DNA of 64,000 bases from Eledone cirrhosa (Eukaryota), in the NCBI GenBank assembly GCA_964016885.1, contig OZ024745.1, positions 98,952,001-99,016,000 of the forward strand, read 5' to 3'. The notes beneath the pieces are model-generated. The model worked only from the letters and a program-made list of their open reading frames with translations. It had not been told where the DNA came from and did no database searches. The translations under genes were made by a program, and so were the position numbers. The first letter of the stretch is position 1, and each line of letters begins with the position of its first letter. This document shows positions 26,412 through 39,363 of the stretch, piece by piece.

Positions 26412-27523
26412 TCTATACTATAAAGCTGATGGCCGTATGTAGGTAACAAACTTTCCGCCAAACGGCTGGACCAAATTTGCACCATAGATGTAACTTTTTC
26501 CAAGTAAAAAAAGTAAAGTATTTTCGTCTACTGAATTTTGTTAAAAGATTAAAGACATTATTTAAATATTCACTTCTTTAAAATTTTCAAATCTCAACAC
26601 TTCCGGTTATACAACATTCCTAACGTCTTCACGAACCAAAGTATCATCTTCCTGTTTTCTTTTGGCTGCAACGTTTTTCGAAATATTTACTTCTGCGTTC
26701 ACAGATTGATTTTTTTTTAGTTTCAGAAGATCCCGTTAAGGGTGAAAGCAGCGATTCTTTGCTTAAACTTTAATCTGTTATGTTAATATATATATAATTA
26801 TATATTCGTGTACAGATATTTTTGCATACACAAAAAAACAAAATATAAACAAACTTATTTATTTCACGAAAGCACAGACGGCTTATCGTCATTGTTACTG
26901 CCAATATTCCACCCAAAATGTCCTAGCCTGGCAAGTTTGTTAAAAAATTTGTTCTCTATTCAACCTTCATTGTTGTAACTATCAATTTTCTTTAATGTAC
27001 TGGCTCTGAGAAAAGAAACCTACAATGAAAGAACATCTTAAAGTTTTCCAAAGCCAAATGTTGTATTTATTAACATTTCTATCTGCAGGTTCTTAGCAAG
27101 CTTACTGGCGCTTTAGTATAGTATTCAATTCTCATATCGTTTTGGATTGATATGGTGCAGCTATTCATATGTTTTAAACATTAGATAACGATTGTTGATG
27201 TATATTGTAAGACAGAATTAGCTGAAAAATATTTTGAATGAACAAATAAAAGAGATATAAAAGAGAGATGTTTGTTGGTTGGTTCCTTCGCGTATCACAC
27301 GAAAAAAACGAAAAGTGACAATCGGAAAGTATGTACAGGATTGGGATAAGAGTATATCCAGGCAAGTTTATCGATACTAATTTTATAACACCACGTATGC
27401 TAACCAACCTGACTGCTATTTCTAGCAGGTTGGGAATCAACCATAAGGGATTCTCTCTGCGAGTTCGTTGTCAGTTATGATCGTGTTTCGCGGCCTGTCT
27501 CCGATTCCAACGGTGGTTTACAC

Positions 27524-27560
<37 letters not shown>

Positions 27561-27669
27561 TACACCCACATACTTTAAACAAGACAAAGCATTCAATACA
27601 GACGTTTTCTCTTCTGCCTGTCTTCTCTTATCATTTGTTAACCTTGGCGAAGCTGGGTACCTCAGCTAG
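26412..27669 (+). mobile_element. Non-autonomous Helitron-like element nested in the DNA transposon
   Basis: A|TCTATACTATAAAG...ggcgaagctgggtacctcagCTAG|T: TC start, CTAG end, AT target, no TSD. Confidence 0.7.
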
Positions 27670-27945
27670 TAGAATATATTTATGAAGTTTTAATATTTTG
27701 ATTTTCAAAATGTTTTAAGTGTCATTTAAAGTATAGTTTTTGTTTCACAACTCCATTATGTAATGCTTTTTTACCATTTCATTTGTTTTATAGTTTCAAC
27801 AAGTTTCTCAAATTTTTGTTTACTTTCGGCCACTCACATGCTGGGAGTAGTTGAAAGCAAGAAATTTGATAGAACTTTGTAAAGGGATTCATAGAGAAAA
27901 AAAAGGGGGGGGGGGCAGTGAAAGAGCGGAAGAGAGAAAAAAATG

Positions 27946-27948
<3 letters not shown>

Positions 27949-28017
<69 letters not shown>
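27949..28017. repeat. (GA)n microsatellite
   Basis: Read directly. Confidence 0.95.
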
Positions 28018-28018
<1 letters not shown>

Positions 28019-30531
28019 AGTAAAAGACAAGTCAGAAGTAAGATTGAAAGAAAAAATATATCAGAGAAAATCAGTTGGCGTGCAAGTATGTATGCATGTG
28101 TGTGTAGTGTATGTATGGCATATTTATGTATTAAAAGTTCAATTACAAAAATTTGTTGGAAATAATTTCAAGGGAATGTATAAATAACACTAATGGCAAT
28201 CTATTAAATGTAGAAAAATAATGTTTCATGGTAAAATAATCAATCTGGTTATTTGCGTAGAATTTGACGTTGGTGAAAATCGTCAAAATACTGGCCTCAA
28301 ATATAAGCCGACTCCCCATTTTACTATCAATTTTTTGGTCACATATTCCTCGACTTATATTCGAGTATATACTGTAATTTTACATATACTGAATCATGGA
28401 AGAATGGAAGGTAAAGAAAACCATTGCTGGATTTGAACACAAAAGCAAGATAAAATTGAATATGGCAAAGCATTAGTTTGCTATTATATTATTTTGGTAA
28501 TCACTTATTAATAAATGTTTCTATCGTTGGATGCAAAAAGTAGTCAATTAACTAAATCTTAGTATATAACTGGTACCTACTTCAGTAAAACAAAATCGGC
28601 TTTGATCTCTGAAATATCAAGCAGTACACTACATAGCATAAAGTATAAAATTAGGTTATCAACCACATGATGTAAATAACTTCTTAAGTGACTTGATCAT
28701 TGTGGAAAAATCTAAACATTTCTCAGCATTGTTGTAACAATATGCTTTGTGAAGCTGTAATTTGAACAGAAGAGTTTAGGTTCCCTGAACCCATAGTTAA
28801 ATTAAATATAGAAAAATTAGGATACATAAAAATTCTCTAAACAACTTAAATCAGAGATTGTATAATAAATGAGATATTACTGGTATAATGTTGAAATAGC
28901 TAGAAGCTACAAGCTATAATTAAAAGAAAAATATATTAACTGAATGAATGTAGTAATCTACCTGAATTATTTAATATCATTCCTGAATGCATATATGCTC
29001 TAAATGTAAATTCACTTACTAAAATTACTTTTCCTCTAAGCTTATTTCAATGAGAAAATGTGCAAAGAAAAATATTGTATTGTCATGTGTTTTTACATTC
29101 ACACATGCACATAAGTATACACTTGCGCTAAACAATGATGGCAGTGATGATGATTTAAAAAACAACAACAACATTCAAAAAGCTTGTAAAACCAGCTAGC
29201 AAGTCACATAACATCAAAGCGTGGGACAGGGTGAAATAGTTACATAGAGAAATAGGGGAATCCCTAGAGTTCATAGCTGAGGTTAAGTTTGTAAATGTTT
29301 GAAAACTCCAATACCACTTTTAGTTGTATGAGATGACATTTAAGTAGCTGACAGATTAAGCAGTTTGTTCATTTGTTGCTATGTACTTCTGCAGGGCATG
29401 TTATGAATGACTCAGTTCATGCCAGTACAAGGCTTAGCAGAAGGAAAATAAATAAATAAACAAACAAACAATTTGATGATAGGTCACCTTATTCTCAACT
29501 TAAGAGTCTATTAAGAACAACCAACAATTGAAGCCTTAAAGAGATAACATTATATGATGGTGTACAAATATTACTACTACTTTTACATTCTGTATGCATA
29601 CATATATTGGACCCTTGTCAAATAAGAACAAAAATAAATTGGATATTATTTAAAATAATACTAACAATAACAATGTAGTAAACTTACTAATGGAATCAAG
29701 ATTTGAAAGAGCCCCTGTATTTGTAATTTGTAGTTAGCCTTACATTGGTGAAGAGCTGAAAAACAAAACTTTTCTTGAATGCTATTTTGCATTAGCTGAC
29801 AAACTGATCAAGCAAGTGATCACAGCAAGTGGTAAAACAGGAAGTATGACTATGTTGAAGGATTGGTAGAAAGAATTTACACAATCCAAGATAAAATTTT
29901 AATGATGAATATATATCCAGTTAAAGCTTGACGCTCTCTACTACTGCATAATTAGTTGCAGTGAAAACTGCTTTAATCTGAAAAGAGGTTTTTAATTAAT
30001 ATCGGATTTACTGATAAAAGTTTTCGTCAATTTTTCTTGATTTGCTTAACCAAATCTTAAGGGAATATCTTCCTCTAATTTTTTTTATCGCATGAAGAAT
30101 GTTGAGCAATTAGCTGGAATACATTGAAACAAAAAGAGTGACAGGGACTGAATCCTTTATATGTCCAGCATGTTTCCCTTTTACTTCACATGAACCCTAC
30201 AATCTTAAGTAAAATGTAATTTTATGATTTTCATTTTACAGGTATATTTGTCCAAATCCTGCTGAAGCCCACTTTGACTTTCATCTTTTCTGAGTCAATA
30301 AATAAAATACCAGCCTAGTGCTAGTACAAAATTCTCTATCCAGCTGTCATAACTTGCATGTGCCACTGAATCAAAAGGGAAGGTTAGGAGGGTGTCTATG
30401 TCTACTTACTGACTGCATGGGCACCTAAAAATGTTCTGTGAAAAACATGGAACATAGTTCTAAGTGATACCTAAGTGTGAGTGACAGCTGTAGCAAATAG
30501 TTTTAGTTTTATGTTTCTGATACAAGTAAAA

Positions 30532-30672
30532 ACATTAACAACTAACACTCCATATAGACATTAACTAACACTCCATAAAGACATTAACTAACACTCCATA
30601 AAGACATTAACTAACACTCCATAAAGACATTAACTAACAATCCATATAGACATTAACAAGTGACACTCCATA
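30532..30672. repeat. 23-bp minisatellite, about 5-6 copies (acattaactaacactccataaag)
   Basis: Read directly. Confidence 0.9.
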
Positions 30673-33600
30673 AAAGTAATAAAGTGGTTGGTGATAGGAA
30701 GAGCATTCAGCCATAGAAAACCTGGTTTGGAGGACCTTTTAGCTATGGCAAAGAGATGAGAACCTCCTTAGTGCTGATGATGCTACAATAAAATTCACTC
30801 AGTACACTCTGTAAAGTGAGGGAATGAGTGAGCAAGATGTGGCCCCCAGTCTATCTGAAAGATCAGTAGCACCAATTAAGTACTAACCTGATCTGTAATG
30901 ACCTGGTCAACCCATGCTAGAAAGGAAAATGAATGTTAAATGCTGAAAAATTTACTAAAAATAGAAAATTTAAGCTGTCTAAATTTTTCTATGGGTCTTA
31001 AGTGTAGAGTTATTATCTTGTAAAAGACAGCTCTTGTTTAAAGATAGTCAAACAATCTCCTCCTACAATGAAGTATCAAGTTTATTGACAATCTTCTCTA
31101 GTACTCCTTTGTCAAACATATGTAAGAAAATAAAATAAAATTTAACAAAATTAGAATGAATGAAAATAAAACCTAACAAACATTATAATTGCTTTACTCT
31201 GATAATATATTCAACTCATGCAGTCATCACTCTTTGAGATTTCACTGTAAATTCAAAGTGGGTAATTACATCTCAATAAATACATCACTCAATAATTTCA
31301 TTGTAGGGCAAAATACACCATCGTTAGATTTATCACCTGGCTTTTTATCTGCATAGAAAATACTTTGCTGAACATTATTTCAAGTTACTAGATGACCCTT
31401 GTTGAAACTTTACAGTTCAATTAGAAATAACCACCTTGTATCAATATGATCAATATGACATTTCAAATGTTTTATTTATAAGTTAAATACTATATACAGT
31501 ACTTAATCAGAACCAAATAAATTTAACAAATGACTGAAACTACCAAAATGGAGTACTTATTTATATTTTGCAGATAAAAATATTTTTCATACAATGTTGG
31601 CTTAAAAAAATGTGGGGCCACACCACCACTATTGCTCACTCTGTATCTCTAGCACACATACTCCTTTCCATAGCATGACAATCTTTTTACACCATAGATA
31701 CACAAGCTTTAATAAAATGGTTTTTTTTTTGGGGGGGGGGGGTCAATGCTAGGATTTCATTAGCAATAAAAAAGAAATTGAAAGACAAAATATTTCATCT
31801 ATGATCTGAACATATTTTGAAATAGTGACAATCATGAAAGGAAGCAACAATGAAACAGTATGCTGCTGGTGCTTAAATTCCACTTCACAAACAAGAAATA
31901 AAGATAGTGTAGCAAAAATCCAAAGCACCAGCAATGAATTTTGCAAAATGTTTGGATATTTAAAGAGGTATTGCACATATTTTATCTTTTTTAGAAAGTA
32001 TCTTTTTTCCAGCAATTTAGAATAGTGTTATGTTTTTTACTGCATTTTTCTTGGGATTCTATTTTTAAAAGTAACTTTTATTTTTTGTTTTATTTTATTT
32101 TATTTATTTATTTCATATGTAATAGCTTCAATATCATTTAACATCCATTTTCCCTGAAATTTGATATTAATATTTTTTAGTTTTTGAATTTCTGTTTTAT
32201 TAAAGAAATGCAACATATTTACTCTGTGAATAAAATCGTTATCAAGGTTTAGTAATGTATTTTACTCTGAAGATAAAAAGCATGATGAATTGACCGATGT
32301 ACTGGCTCATAAAATTACTAAGCGATATACTTATCATTATGTAATTACCCACAAAGGCATTGAATTAGCAGAGTCATTAAAACAGCAGATAGGATGCTTT
32401 GCAGCATTCATTCTGGCTCTCAGCGCTCTGGATTCAAAACCTGCTGAGAGGTCAACTTTGCATTTCATCCTTTGAAGATTGATAAAAAAAAAAGTAGCAG
32501 TCCAGTAATGGAAGAAATTAGACTTGGAGGGGGGGGGGTTACACCAAGTTTAAAGTGCCCAGGAAATGCTGTATGTCACTACACCACCCCTACAACTCCA
32601 TTTTGTGTTATTAGTTTAAAAAAAAAAGAAAAATGAGCCATAATGAATTTGCTGGACAACCTCTTTGGAGTGACATACTTCCAAATAAATTAATGATCCT
32701 AGCAGCACAATTACTATAACAAGTTTCATAACTTTTTGAAAACCTTAAAATCCCTTACTTTAAAGTAAAGCTTAAAAAAATTTTTTAAATGCCGGCTTGA
32801 TCCAAGGTTCATAATTTATATATTTTCTGCTAAAAATTTCAATTAAAAAGAAAATAAACAATTCTATTATAAGGGAAAATTATAATAAAAACATTTCTTA
32901 AATGATATGGTTAATAAATCAGGTCAAAATGAAAAACAAAAATCAAACAATAAGTCTATCATTAGAAAAAAAATTTATCTAATCACAATAGAAATAGTTT
33001 AACATTTTTTTCCTGCTTCAGCAGAGAAGATGGTCTTAAAAAGTTTGTTGTGTGTTTTATTTGCCATATTTTCCCTGTTTTAGCAGGAACATTTGTTGTT
33101 TTATTTACCAAATTTTAAAAAATGACAAAAGAAAAATAAATGTAAAAAGAAAATTCAATCAGAAAAAAGTATCTTTTAAAAATTCTAGGTAGTTGAAAAG
33201 AAGGTCGAATCAGAAGGAAACCATGAAAAACCTCATGACAAAGCTGAAGAGTGAAACATTATTTCAAAAGTGAATATACAGTCATAACTGGATTATATGT
33301 AAAAATGAATTGTTAGTTTATAAGAGGGAAAACATCATTGTATTGTAAGGATTAGTGAGTGAACCACCATCAGGAAGTAGACAATAGGAAATAATCCAAA
33401 TAAGCAGCTCTGGTAACATAACAAACATAGAAAACTTTTCAGTATGTTAGTAGTATTAGTAGTAGAACTTAATAGGGGGGTGGGATTAAAATAAGTAACT
33501 ATTTATAATAAAGTATTTGTTTTAATGATAACTTAATTTTCTGGTTAATAGCTTACTTCAATGAAAGGAATGTTAGACAAAAGTATTGGGCTTAAAGTAT

Positions 33601-36105
33601 ATAATAAAAGGGAAACTTCCCAAAAAGGCTTATTGAAAACAACTGCCTATAATTATTGAGTGAGAAATGTTAGAAATATGACAAATCTGTAACAAAATCT
33701 ACATTTAAAAAGATAAAAATATACAAATGCTTAAATAATTGAAGGTTCAAGAATTAATTTGAAATGGTTTTGTTCTCATCTTCATGATGACATAAAGACA
33801 GGCTATCAGTTACTATGAGATGTCTTGTAATTGTGCCATAAACGAGGGCCTGAGCCTTGCCTACTTTGCATATAAGGAAAATAAAATGCAAATGACAAAA
33901 CAGTGTGCTGATTTAACAGGTAATTAACAAGTAGTTGAATCATCATTACTGTTTAACATCCATGTTCCACACTGTGATGAGTTGTGATATTCTGAGACTA
34001 GACAGGTCAGATAGACACATCTTGTTTATATGCTCCAGTTTGGCATGGTTTCTACGATTGGATGTCCTTCCTAACATCAACCATTTTACAGTGTGTAGTG
34101 AGTATGTTTTGCTGTGGAACCAGCAACTTTACAGAGTGGGCTGGTGCATTTTGTTGAGGCACCAACTTACCACCTTACAGCTTGTGTAGCTTGTTTGAAA
34201 ATGGAATTTTCAAACATGCTACACATTTAAGGGCAAGAGATTTTTGATCTGTAATATTGACCACTGTACTTGAATTGGAATTAATTTTTTCAGCCCATAG
34301 AAGTATGAAAATTAAAGCCAAACTCTGCTGGATTTCAACAGAAAATGTAAAGGGATCTAACTAAATAAGATGGGATGAAGTGCTCTTACACCAGTAACAA
34401 CCATAACAGGTTAGTGTATTATTTTAAAGAATTAAAAATATTTATTCCTACTGTTCTTACACACTATAAAAAGGAGCAATGGAATTGAGAGAGCCAGGTG
34501 AATTGTTTAACATTTTTTTATATTCATAAATAGTTGGTTACATCTTTTTCCAATCAAAATTTAATAATATAAATACTGTATATTTTGGTGGATATAATTC
34601 CTACCGGATTTACCTTTCATTTATTATACACCCAAGAAAAGAAAATATATATCAGTAAAATAAGTGCAGTTGATTCAACTATATACCCTTCCTACTACAA
34701 TATTGGTAGAGTGCCTAGTCAAAAGACATTATTTCATGTACAACAGAATTTATGAGTAAGTAAAGAATAATTCATTTTGCAGAAATCTCACTCATCTTGG
34801 ATTTGCTTTGGTAAGATTAGAAACCCTTATTTATGAGAGAAATAGATTTCATTGTCAGTATTAAGTTTTCAACTTGCAATAAACTTATTATAACTGGCAA
34901 GGCCTCAAGAATTTTTTTTCTATTTTGCGAAGTGCTTTTTAACAGAGGCTAAATTTTTTTTAATTAATTTTCTGGCTAAACTTAGGTCAGTTGAGGAAAA
35001 TGTCTTGTTCAAGGATACACATCAGTGAGTAACTGAATAGAAACTTGTTGAATCAAAAAAACCATTAAAAGATTTAACTGGGGGAGAAAAGATGGATTAA
35101 TAAATAAGTCAGACAAAATTGAGGGTAACTAGCAAAATTTCACTCATGCGGTAACTTAATAGGATTACCTGGTGATAAGAATCTCATGTTTCTTTCATTA
35201 ACTTCTCCAGAAAATTTGGCCGAAGTTAACACTTGTATTCTATTATAACTCGTCCTGCCTACAAGAAGATGCGTAAATTTATCATTGTCATACCCAGCAA
35301 TCTTTCTCTTAACTTCAAACAAAAAAATATCCTTGTACTTATTACTTTATAAACTGAAACAGAGTCAACATAAACTGGTCAGAGTTGGTTTAATTATGTC
35401 TTCAACATTAACAATTAATCAAAACTTTATTAGAAATAAAATAGTTTCTTACAAATCAATAATTGTTTCATAAAATTTATTACACTAAATATTGTATTTA
35501 TGTGCATATGTATATAAGCACTTGTGTAAGTATATATAAATAAGTAACCACAGACATGTTTATGTGTTTAGGCGTGAAAGATACAGTCAATACACTTCAG
35601 ATGAAGAATCAATAGTCCACAATAGAATCTGACAGATTCTACTGTGGAACATTCTCAGAATTAAAAACATGAGGGTAGTCTAAATTTGTCCATCACTAAC
35701 ATACATTTTTCCATGTTTATGACAGCTGAATAAACAACATGCATATATATATATATGTATATATCCTCATAATGGTGCCACCCAGGGCCTCACTATGAGT
35801 AAGGCTTGGTGCAGCCAACAGGCCAGACCTCCCTCAAAGTGGGAACATCCTGCTCCCAAACTATGGTTCCGATGTGAGCAGGTTATGGCGCGGCCCCAAC
35901 TGGCAAGACCATCCTCATAACGGTGTTACCCAGTTCCACACAGTAAATGTGTAAGGGCATCCAGCTGTGAAAATCCCAGCCAAAATATGGTTCCATCTGA
36001 GCAAGGTACAGTGCAGTCAGCTAGCTGGACTTGTCTCATGACATGGTCGACCCATTTAACCCATGCAAGCATGGAGAAATAGACGTTAAAGGTGATGATG
36101 ATCAT

Positions 36106-36141
<36 letters not shown>

Positions 36142-36145
<4 letters not shown>

Positions 36146-36443
36146 GGAACTTCAGTTCACAAACTTGATTTATCCTTGAAGGCTGTTCGTCACCTGAACT
36201 GTTCGTAATCTGAAACTATTTTTTCAATGAGGAATGTTGAGAGAGAAATACAGTAAGAAAGAGACTGCATGAAAGACATAGATATCACCATAGTAACTAC
36301 TTCACAGCTAGTGACTCTTTCCCACTAATACTCCCAGCTTGTCAGCAACTGTTGTTGTTGGTTTGTGTGTTCATTACTTGAGATGTTCTATGTTCAGAAA
36401 AATTGTTTGTGAACCAATTTGTTTGTGATGAGAAGTTCCACTG
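36142..36443. mobile_element. Tigger/pogo-type MITE
   Basis: TIRs cagtggaacttc ... gaagttccactg|TA. Confidence 0.7.
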
Positions 36444-36689
36444 TATATATCATCAATATCACCATTTTATGACCAGTTTTCCCTGGTTGTATGGGTTGGA
36501 TGCAGCATCTCGCCAAATGTCTTGGTCCTTCCTCATCTCCTCTCTCTCTCTCTATATATATATATATAGATAGATAGATACACACACACACACACACACA
36601 CACACAATCATTGCTCAGAGCCAAATTGACTACATGTGTGTGTAATCAAGCAGGTGTGTTGGGGGTTTGCTATATGTTTGTGTGTGTGT

Positions 36690-37040
36690 GTGTAAATATG
36701 TTAGACCTCCATCGATTCTGATGATGAATATTCCAAATTTTGGATCAATGCAAGAGCATGCTCATGAAATCAAGTGGCTGAGCATATGTCAGACATGTGT
36801 ACTCTTAACATAGTTCTCAGGAAGATACAGCACAATACATGTTGTGACATAGGGCAACCTTTGAATCAAAGGTACAATCAATTGCAAGGTAAGCCCCCCT
36901 CAACTGCTGCTGGTACTCATTTAAAACTGAGTAGAGTGGAGTGGAGCAGTGTGGAGTATTTTATTAAAGGAAACAATGCACCATCCGGTCCAGAAATTGA
37001 ACCCACAACATAAGACGAAAAATTAACTACTGGCTACAAC
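36690..37040 (-). mobile_element. tRNA-derived SINE family B (diverged)
   Basis: Minus-strand head gtagccagtagtt...gggttcaatttc (A and B boxes); related to 53181-53477. Confidence 0.55.
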
Positions 37041-39144
37041 CATGTAGGTAGTGATTATTTTAAGTTTCATTTACAAATATACATGCTTCTCATATGATAG
37101 GTTTGAAAGAATCATTCTAAATAACCAGAGAATATATGACTGACAGAAAGAATATCAGTATTTAAATATTACCTATACTTCCCCACCTCACTTTTATTTA
37201 CTTGTATGCTTCTTTGGATATTAATCTGAAGTAAATTTTCCCAGGGTATTTCTTCATTAAGTAGAGAGGAATTCTGTGAACATTCTTTAAATAATAGTAA
37301 ACATTCAATACACAACAGAAAAATGCAGCCTGCAGAGCTATATTTAATTCTGTAAATGCACCATCATATCTTGGAATTAAGTGTTATAATCAGCAGGGAC
37401 TTGCAAATACAGCATTAAAGCCCTTTGACATGTGCTTGTATATAATGAAAGAGCAAAAAAAAGAAAGAAAAGAAAGAACTGAAATCAATATTAATAACCA
37501 ATATTTTTCTATGAAATAAATGGAAAATCTTCCAATTCTATTCTTCCATACAAATAGAAAATCAGTAAATCTTTTATTTTTTAAATACATAAAAAAAAAA
37601 AAAATGTGTGATGGCCACATGAACAGCTTTTAATTTGTAACACCGTTTTTGTTATACCACAGATATTTTGTTATACCTCAGATATTTCTATGTATATATT
37701 AGGTGCCAATTTCATTTCAATACTGGTTGTTATAGTTAGGTTTGTGTTGAACACATTAGAAACATATCAATAACATTGAAATCCAAAGAGAAATGTCTGC
37801 ACAATGCTCTTCAATAGAATATGTTCTTTTATCTTATTTAAATCTTACTTTTTGTCTAAACTTACATCTCCCATCCTTATATCACCCTCAACATACTTCA
37901 TATTTCCTCAATTCAATCCTTCCTTTGCTTAAAAGTGTCCTTCTGAAACAATGCCTGCCTTTACTAACCTATAAAAATTGAAAGTGTTGCCAGTTTGGTC
38001 ACAAACTAGCTGGCTACCAAGATATAACATTTCTACTATCTTCCAGACATTAGATTATTCATTTCTCACAATAAATGAACTTACTGAACTATCAAATATG
38101 AGAGCACTCAATACAGAATGTCTAGGAAGGAAAGCTGACCATAACATTATGGTTATTGAAAAGTTTATTTGTTGGTGGGAAATTTTGTCTTACTAGAGCT
38201 AGAAAGTCGCTGGCTACATTCATAGTAGTAACATAATATCCAAGTTATATGGTGGATAAACCAGGTAATTCTTTTATTGCTGGTTCAACTCTGGTATGAG
38301 AAGCAGTAGATCAATGTATAGTAGCTTCTCTCTGAAGCCAACTCTAACTAGAGCCTCATTATAATATGGAGCAACCCTGATGAAGATGTTTTTGCTTGGG
38401 AATAGAAGAGAGCAACCTAATTATGGTTGGAGACAGGCATTGGGAATTTGTGGCCTTATTTGGCTTTGTGTAGGGGTAGTGTTAACCCATACCTAAATCT
38501 AGTGTTATGTCTACATACTTTTAACCCAATACCAAAGTAGCTGCAATACAATCACAGCTACAAAAAAAAAAAAGCTTATTATATAGCAAGACTAAATGTA
38601 TGTTTATTTTATATTAACATACTCTACATAAGTCCATATATGCCTTTATTCAAGAATCACACCGTGTTAGTGCTATTGCTAATTAACATTAGTCAGTCAA
38701 GCTTGTACTATATGTAAATAAGCTTTTAACAAGAACAGTTTATATATAAAATTTATAAAACTTTACAGCCTTTCATAGCTCAGTGTCTGAACATAGGGTA
38801 GTGAGTGCTGATGAACAACAACTCTGAAATACATGTATTTCATAACCTGATATTGAGGTAGCTGTGATATGATCACAGCTTAAAATACACGTTTATTACA
38901 CATAGACATATTGTATATGAGTCCTTATATGCCTTTATATTGAATCACACATATATACTGGGCTGTCAGGAACAGGATTCCATATCTTGTGAAAATTGAA
39001 GTGGTCCAATACGAAACTAGTAGATTTGTTAAGTGTTTTGAAATATATAAATCTTTCTAATATATTTAACAATTTTTCTGAAATGTATTTTGAGAGTTAG
39101 TGTAAGATAAGATCAGTATTGTAAAAGAAAATACTCCTTATTAA

Positions 39145-39363
39145 CCCTTTAGCATTTACATTATTCTATATATACTATTATATTTTCATGGTAAAGGCTT
39201 TATTTCCCAATTATCTCACATGATATCAAATCTACGAGATTTTGATATTATTTATTTTGAGAACAATACCTTAACATAAGTATGAGCAGCCAGTTATGGC
39301 TGGTTTGAACAGAAAGAGGTGAGAGAATTCTGGCTGGATATGACCGGTTTAAATGCTAAAGGG
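39145..39363 (+). mobile_element. piggyBac-type MITE
   Basis: TTAA|CCCTTTAGCATTTA...TAAATGCTAAAGGG; internal sequence matches 12435-12642. Confidence 0.85.

Larger units (their letters stand above)
26275..28374. mobile_element. Non-autonomous Tc1/mariner-pogo-type DNA transposon (TA TSD)
   Basis: Imperfect TIRs TA|ctatatatactttgaatataagctga ... tcgacttatattcgagtatatactg|TA. Confidence 0.65.

Noticed and set aside
27788-28187. ERER / LSLS ORFs
   Set aside because: Translations of the (GA)n microsatellite.
13068-30672. Regular repeats at 13.1, 22.4 and 30.5 kb as CRISPR arrays
   Set aside because: Head-to-tail minisatellites without unique spacers, in eukaryotic DNA with no cas genes.
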